Virus record (IMG/VR): IMGVR_UViG_2585427755_000007
DNA from: a virus
Taxonomy: Duplodnaviria; Heunggongvirae; Uroviricota; Caudoviricetes
Reading direction: 5' to 3' (one strand)
DNA: 5,176 nucleotides
In this document: positions 1 to 5,176 of the stretch, in pieces
Position numbering within the stretch: the stretch's first letter is position 1
How the letters are laid out: each line of letters starts with the position of its first letter
Notes under the pieces: model-generated
What the model saw: only the letters and a program-made list of their open reading frames with translations
Told to the model about the DNA's origin: nothing
Database searches by the model: none
Program-made: the position numbers and the translations under genes

Positions 1-107
1 CCCCTACTCCGGTTTTCGAGACCGACCCGATCATCAAACGAAACATAAAATTAGCTCACATTATGAGGAAAGGTATCTTTTTGCGCTATGTAAATTCAAA
101 GGGTTAG

Positions 108-977
<870 letters not shown>

Positions 978-999
978 GTCTTTAAGTGATAAGCATAAA

Positions 1000-1048
1000 C
1001 CGCAGCACGATCTTCTTGCATACGACGTGCTACGGTTTCATTTATCTC
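1000..1048. terminator. Candidate bidirectional hairpin between the convergent GIY-YIG and invertase genes
   Basis: Stem CCGCAGCACG (1000..1009) pairs with CGTGCTACGG (1026..1035) across a 16-nt loop (one C-A mismatch on this strand, a G-U wobble on the other), followed by T-rich TTTCATTTATCT. Weak by eye; overlaps the invertase stop. Confidence 0.3.
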
Positions 1049-1592
1049 CGACCGGAAACTTCTTATACAGTGTCGATATACCAACATCATAGATGATCGC
1101 CACCTTCTGGCGAGGAACGCCTGATGCAATTAATCGTCCGGCCTGCTCCCATTGTTCTGGTGTAAGTTTGGGGCGACGTCCACCAATTCGTCCCTGTGCG
1201 CGAGCTGCTTCCAGTCCAGCTTTTGTTCGTTCAACAATCAGTTCACGCTCCATTTCAGCCAGGGCACCCATCACATGAAAGAAAAAGCGCCCCATTGGGG
1301 TACTGGTATCAATTGAATCCGTCAGACTACGAAAGTTGATGCCTCGTTCGCGCAACTCCTCCACCAGCACGACAAGATGCCGCATACTGCGCCCCAGTCG
1401 GTCCAGTTTCCAGACCACCAGCGTGTCACCTGCCGATAATGTCCTGAGCAGCTTTTTCAGTCCTGGTCTGTCGGACTTTGTACCGCTTATCTTGTCTTCA
1501 AAAATCAGCTCACATCCTGCACAGTTCAGCGCATTACGTTGTAGATCTGTGTTCTGGTCATTTGTTGACACACGTACATAGCCAATAAGCAT
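1038..1592 (-). CDS. pinE: Serine DNA invertase, Hin/Gin/Cin/Pin family (184 aa)
   Basis: N-terminus MLIGYVRVSTNDQ carries the catalytic Ser motif of small serine recombinases; conserved LVVWKLDRLGRS and GRFFFHVMGALAEMERELI blocks; C-terminal HTH (GVPRQKVAIIYDVGISTLYKK). The 184-aa length and the neighbouring tfa/stf cassette resemble e14 PinE; the exact paralogue (pinE versus gin/cin/pinQ/pinR) is not certain. Confidence 0.9.
   Translation of the reverse strand: MLIGYVRVSTNDQNTDLQRNALNCAGCELIFEDKISGTKSDRPGLKKLLRTLSAGDTLVVWKLDRLGRSMRHLVVLVEELRERGINFRSLTDSIDTSTPMGRFFFHVMGALAEMERELIVERTKAGLEAARAQGRIGGRRPKLTPEQWEQAGRLIASGVPRQKVAIIYDVGISTLYKKFPVGDK
1477..1577. promoter_or_regulatory. Predicted Fis-dependent recombinational enhancer inside the invertase 5' coding region (approximate)
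   Basis: In Hin/Gin/Cin systems the enhancer lies in the first 100-200 bp of the invertase gene. The 5' coding DNA here (GTGTCAACAAATGACCAGAACACAGATCTACAACGTAATGCGCTG, as read in the 3585..4139 copy) resembles what I recall of the hin 5' region. Fis sites not mapped. Confidence 0.25.
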
Positions 1593-1646
1593 GAGAAATA
1601 ACCCTGTAAAAATCCGGGATCATGCCATCTGAGCCGAATAACTGCA

Positions 1647-1672
1647 TTTTCTAAAAGGTTGGTTTGGGAGAA
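1647..1672. promoter_or_regulatory. 26-bp pix/gix/hix-like crossover site: TTTTCTAAAAGG-TT-GGTTTGGGAGAA
   Basis: Two imperfect 12-bp inverted half-sites around a 2-bp core (1659..1660). The inner half-site, read on the opposite strand as TTCTCCCAAACC, is close to the gix/hix half-site TTATCCAAAACC / TTCTTGAAAACC. The site sits 54 bp upstream of the invertase start and exactly at the repeat/cassette junction. Confidence 0.7.
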
Positions 1673-2017
1673 GCGGCAAAGAGGAATGTGGGGACAGGAG
1701 AAAATCAGGTACCGGATATGAACAGCTTTGGTAACTCATTGACCGCCAATGGATACCAGAAATTACCTGGGGGGATGATTATTCAATGGGGGAGTTTTTC
1801 TGTCTCACCAACCGGAGGAAGTGTTGGAACAGTTGATATAACATTACCTGTAGCTTTCCCTGCTGCTTGTCGTTCGGTAAACGCTCTTATTTCAACTAAT
1901 GATCCTTCTGCCCGTTCTGTGGGCTTTGATATTGGAAGTACCAACAGAACTAAAATCAGATTTACTTACACTTCTGCTACACCAAATTCAATTTACTGGA
2001 TGGCTGTGGGGTATTAA
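1664..2017 (+). CDS. Tail-fibre C-terminal variable segment (Sv), a start-less cassette exon; frame open from 1655
   Basis: Frame is open from the TAA at 1652..1654; the M in the ORF track is a TTG; first residues KVGLGE are encoded by the crossover site. Followed 2 nt later by a tfa gene. Tail-fibre assignment rests on position and organisation, not on a recognised domain. Confidence 0.55.
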   Translation: MGEAAKRNVGTGENQVPDMNSFGNSLTANGYQKLPGGMIIQWGSFSVSPTGGSVGTVDITLPVAFPAACRSVNALISTNDPSARSVGFDIGSTNRTKIRFTYTSATPNSIYWMAVGY

Positions 2018-2019
2018 CT

Positions 2020-2451
2020 ATGGAAAAGACATATTATTTTAATCCCTCTGATTCGGGATTTTATATTTCACCAGATAGCCAAACCATTCCTGAGAACGCT
2101 ACGAAAATAAACTTTACTATTTATTCTGAGTTCGCAGGAGTTGCATGGCCTGATGGTAAAATACTTGGTTCAGATAAAAATGGTTTTCCAGCATGGCAGG
2201 ATGCGCCACCACTTACCAGCGAAGAATTAATCTCAATCGCTGAATCAAATAAACAGCGATTAGTTAATCAGGCCAACGAATACATGAACAGTAAACAATG
2301 GCCTGGTAAAGCGGCGATTGGTCGTCTGAAAGGTGAGGAACTGGCGCAATATAATTTGTGGCTGGATTATCTGGACGCACTGGAACTGGTCGATACTTCC
2401 AGTGCGCCAGATATTGAATGGCCTACTCCTCCGGCAGTTCAGGCCAGATGA
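2020..2451 (+). CDS. Tail fibre assembly protein (Tfa/U family, 143 aa)
   Basis: ATG at 2020, 2 nt after the Sv stop. C-terminal motif LWLDYLDALELVDTSSAPDIEWPTPP is the conserved Tfa C-terminus. Confidence 0.8.
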   Translation: MEKTYYFNPSDSGFYISPDSQTIPENATKINFTIYSEFAGVAWPDGKILGSDKNGFPAWQDAPPLTSEELISIAESNKQRLVNQANEYMNSKQWPGKAAIGRLKGEELAQYNLWLDYLDALELVDTSSAPDIEWPTPPAVQAR

Positions 2452-3025
2452 CATCCGGCGCGGTACTGGTATCTGTTGCCGTCACCGCGTCAATGTAATC
2501 CAGCACAGTGTTAAGTCGGGTGGTCTCTGCCTGCATCAGCTTCCGCCCGGCCTGCAATTTCAGTTGAATCAGACTAATGGAAGCCATTGCAGTATCAATC
2601 AGTGACTGACGTTGTGCTTCTGCCGCGTCTACTGCGGCGCTATGCTGTGTCTCAGTATCCGTCACCCATTTCTCACCATCCCATTTATCGTATGGCGTTA
2701 ACGGGGCGATAGTGGTTGTTTTTTCGGGGTAATCACCCGGAGTTGTGATTTCTTTGGCGTCTCCCGTTTCGGTGTTATAGACGATTTCACCGCGATGGTC
2801 TGGTACATATTCCCATGAGTTAAAATCTGCAGAGCGGCAGATTGCATAACCAGCTTTGTAGGTGCCTGGAGCATCTAAACAGGAATATGCCGGAATGCCG
2901 ACACCAACAGCAAGATATTCAGTTGAAGCTGAAATATACTCCCGACTCATGACGTCAAAGTTATAAACAGTAATTTCTCCTGCCATAGTGGCAATTAATT
3001 CACTGTTTAATTCTGCGTTATTCAT
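2423..3025 (-). CDS. tfaE: Tail fibre assembly protein (Tfa/U' family, 200 aa), TfaE-like
   Basis: C-terminal motif VLDYIDAVTATDTSTAPDVIWPELP. Start ATG shares a base with the upstream stop (TAATG at 3023..3027), indicating translational coupling to Sv'. The 200-aa length matches what I recall for e14 TfaE. Confidence 0.8.
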   Translation of the reverse strand: MNNAELNSELIATMAGEITVYNFDVMSREYISASTEYLAVGVGIPAYSCLDAPGTYKAGYAICRSADFNSWEYVPDHRGEIVYNTETGDAKEITTPGDYPEKTTTIAPLTPYDKWDGEKWVTDTETQHSAAVDAAEAQRQSLIDTAMASISLIQLKLQAGRKLMQAETTRLNTVLDYIDAVTATDTSTAPDVIWPELPEE

Positions 3026-3513
3026 TATGCAGCCCTCACAATATAGTTAAAAGCGACATTTCGTGGGCGTGTTTCATTCGCACCTGCAGGTTTAGTCGTT
3101 GCCGCAACAACACCACCCTCTGTAATAGCCTGGTTGGGAATTGGGTAATTATCGAAGTCAATGGCCGGAGACAGGGGCGTGATTTGTTTTAAAATCGTGG
3201 TGCCTGAAAAACTTCCCAGAGTCTGGTCGTTAGTTCGTGAAGTCCAGATTCCCCAATAGTGGTTATGACTGACAATCGCACCGTCCTGAAGCGTTAATAA
3301 TCCCCTTCCGTTATCCACTCCACGTCCGTCATCCCAGCCACGAATAAACTCACCGCGTAAATCAGGCAATTTATTTGTCGGGTAAGCCTTTGCCAGTTCC
3401 GGGTATTCTTCAGCAGAAAAAGCCGCACCGTTGCATTTCAGCCAGCCTGTCGGCGGGGGGGCTGAAGGCCACGGAACAGGGACACCAACAGGTAATGCAG
3501 AGCCTTCTCCCAA
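3025..3513 (-). CDS. stfE: Tail-fibre C-terminal variable segment (Sv'), StfE-like start-less cassette exon; frame open to 3522
   Basis: Contains a phage-tail-collar-like block (LPDLRGEFIRGWDDGRGVD) and ends ...RPRNVAFNYIVRAA, typical of Mu S / P1 S-type fibre tips. Annotated start is TTG; the frame begins inside the crossover site with the same KVGLGE residues as Sv. About 165 aa, close to the roughly 166-aa e14 StfE fragment. Confidence 0.7.
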   Translation of the reverse strand: MGEGSALPVGVPVPWPSAPPPTGWLKCNGAAFSAEEYPELAKAYPTNKLPDLRGEFIRGWDDGRGVDNGRGLLTLQDGAIVSHNHYWGIWTSRTNDQTLGSFSGTTILKQITPLSPAIDFDNYPIPNQAITEGGVVAATTKPAGANETRPRNVAFNYIVRAA

Positions 3514-3530
3514 ACCAACCTTTTAGAAAA
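3505..3530. promoter_or_regulatory. 26-bp pix/gix/hix-like crossover site: TTCTCCCAAACC-AA-CCTTTTAGAAAA
   Basis: Mirror of the 1647..1672 site, core at 3517..3518, 54 bp upstream of the invertase ATG at 3585. Confidence 0.7.
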
Positions 3531-3584
3531 TGCAGTTATTCGGCTCAGATGGCATGATCCCGGATTTTTACAGGGTTATTTCTC

Positions 3585-4139
3585 ATGCTTATTGGCTATG
3601 TACGTGTGTCAACAAATGACCAGAACACAGATCTACAACGTAATGCGCTGAACTGTGCAGGATGTGAGCTGATTTTTGAAGACAAGATAAGCGGTACAAA
3701 GTCCGACAGACCAGGACTGAAAAAGCTGCTCAGGACATTATCGGCAGGTGACACGCTGGTGGTCTGGAAACTGGACCGACTGGGGCGCAGTATGCGGCAT
3801 CTTGTCGTGCTGGTGGAGGAGTTGCGCGAACGAGGCATCAACTTTCGTAGTCTGACGGATTCAATTGATACCAGTACCCCAATGGGGCGCTTTTTCTTTC
3901 ATGTGATGGGTGCCCTGGCTGAAATGGAGCGTGAACTGATTGTTGAACGAACAAAAGCTGGACTGGAAGCAGCTCGCGCACAGGGACGAATTGGTGGACG
4001 TCGCCCCAAACTTACACCAGAACAATGGGAGCAGGCCGGACGATTAATTGCATCAGGCGTTCCTCGCCAGAAGGTGGCGATCATCTATGATGTTGGTATA
4101 TCGACACTGTATAAGAAGTTTCCGGTCGGAGATAAATGA
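3585..4139 (+). CDS. pinE: Serine DNA invertase, Hin/Gin/Cin/Pin family (184 aa), identical second copy
   Basis: Protein identical to 1038..1592(-). Candidate RBS AGGG about 9 nt upstream of the ATG. Transcribed away from the invertible segment, as pin/gin/cin are. Confidence 0.9.
   Translation: MLIGYVRVSTNDQNTDLQRNALNCAGCELIFEDKISGTKSDRPGLKKLLRTLSAGDTLVVWKLDRLGRSMRHLVVLVEELRERGINFRSLTDSIDTSTPMGRFFFHVMGALAEMERELIVERTKAGLEAARAQGRIGGRRPKLTPEQWEQAGRLIASGVPRQKVAIIYDVGISTLYKKFPVGDK
3600..3700. promoter_or_regulatory. Predicted Fis-dependent recombinational enhancer inside the invertase 5' coding region (approximate)
   Basis: Mirror copy of 1477..1577; same reasoning. Not mapped. Confidence 0.25.
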
Positions 4140-4177
4140 AACCGTAGCACGTCGTATGCAAGAAGATCGTGCTGCGG
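4129..4177. terminator. Candidate bidirectional hairpin between the convergent invertase and GIY-YIG genes (mirror copy)
   Basis: On this strand: CCGTAGCACG (4142..4151), 16-nt loop, CGTGCTGCGG (4168..4177), then TTTATGCTTATC. A 10-bp stem with one G-U wobble. Confidence 0.3.
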
Positions 4178-4199
4178 TTTATGCTTATCACTTAAAGAC

Positions 4200-5069
<870 letters not shown>

Positions 5070-5176
5070 CTAACCCTTTGAATTTACATAGCGCAAAAAG
5101 ATACCTTTCCTCATAATGTGAGCTAATTTTATGTTTCGTTTGATGATCGGGTCGGTCTCGAAAACCGGAGTAGGGG

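Larger units (their letters stand above)
1659..3518. mobile_element. Invertible DNA segment (P/G/C-segment-like host-range cassette) bounded by the two crossover cores
   Basis: Inverted crossover sites at 1647..1672 and 3505..3530 flank convergent Sv-Tfa / Tfa'-Sv' gene pairs, the arrangement of the Mu G, P1 C and e14 P segments. Confidence 0.65.

Noticed and set aside
1-60. tRNA-like or att-site-like sequence at the window termini (GGTTTTCGAGACCGACC)
   Set aside because: A proper 5-bp T-stem with 7-nt loop and acceptor stem could not be built by hand. No evidence beyond a superficial resemblance to a T-loop.
1093-1581. ORFs 1093..1278(+) and 1336..1581(+), with mirror copies 3899..4084(-) and 3596..3841(-), lying antisense inside the invertase gene
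   Set aside because: They sit entirely within a well-supported invertase CDS on the opposite strand. Their products are low-complexity Ser/Arg/Pro-rich with no recognisable motif. These are typical spurious antisense ORFs.
2260-2605. ORFs 2260..2454(-) and 2333..2605(+) overlapping the two tfa genes
   Set aside because: Out-of-frame or antisense overlaps of the motif-bearing Tfa and Tfa' reading frames, with Trp/Cys/Arg-rich translations typical of non-coding frames.
1674-3503. CRISPR array, rRNA or other short tandem repeats in the cassette
   Set aside because: No direct repeats with regular spacing were seen. The region is fully accounted for by four protein-coding segments.
3375-3557. 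ORF 3375..3557(+) spanning the right crossover site
   Set aside because: Antisense to the Sv' tip and running through the recombination site and invertase promoter region; no motif. It would be disrupted or changed by every inversion event.
3531-3584. A specific sigma70 promoter for the invertase between the crossover site and the ATG
   Set aside because: No convincing -35/-10 pair with 16-18 bp spacing was found by eye (best -10 candidate CATGAT lacks a matching -35). A promoter is expected here by analogy with gin/cin, but none could be placed.

Overview
The window is an E. coli e14/Mu/P1-type invertible tail-fibre (host-range) switch, but with an unusual perfectly symmetric architecture. 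The first 1673 bp (1..1673) are the exact reverse complement of the last 1673 bp (3504..5176), checked by hand at both ends and at the inner junctions and supported by identical ORF translations in all frames. Each arm carries a 184-aa Hin/Gin/Cin/Pin-family serine DNA invertase, a convergent GIY-YIG nuclease-like gene, and a 26-bp hix/gix-like crossover site at its inner edge. The 1830-bp unique centre (1674..3503) holds two alternative tail-fibre C-terminal segments with their tail-fibre assembly (tfa) genes, arranged convergently: Sv-Tfa on + and Tfa'-Sv' on -. Neither tail-fibre segment has an ATG or an upstream constant tail-fibre region; each begins inside the crossover site, with a TAA stop two codons upstream of the crossover core. 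So the canonical invertase-side half of the switch appears on both sides and the tail-fibre constant region is missing. This is either a real inverted duplication or an assembly/fold-back artefact, and the sequence alone cannot decide. No rRNA, tRNA or CRISPR was found. Family assignments rest on recognised motifs and recalled gene lengths, not on a database search.
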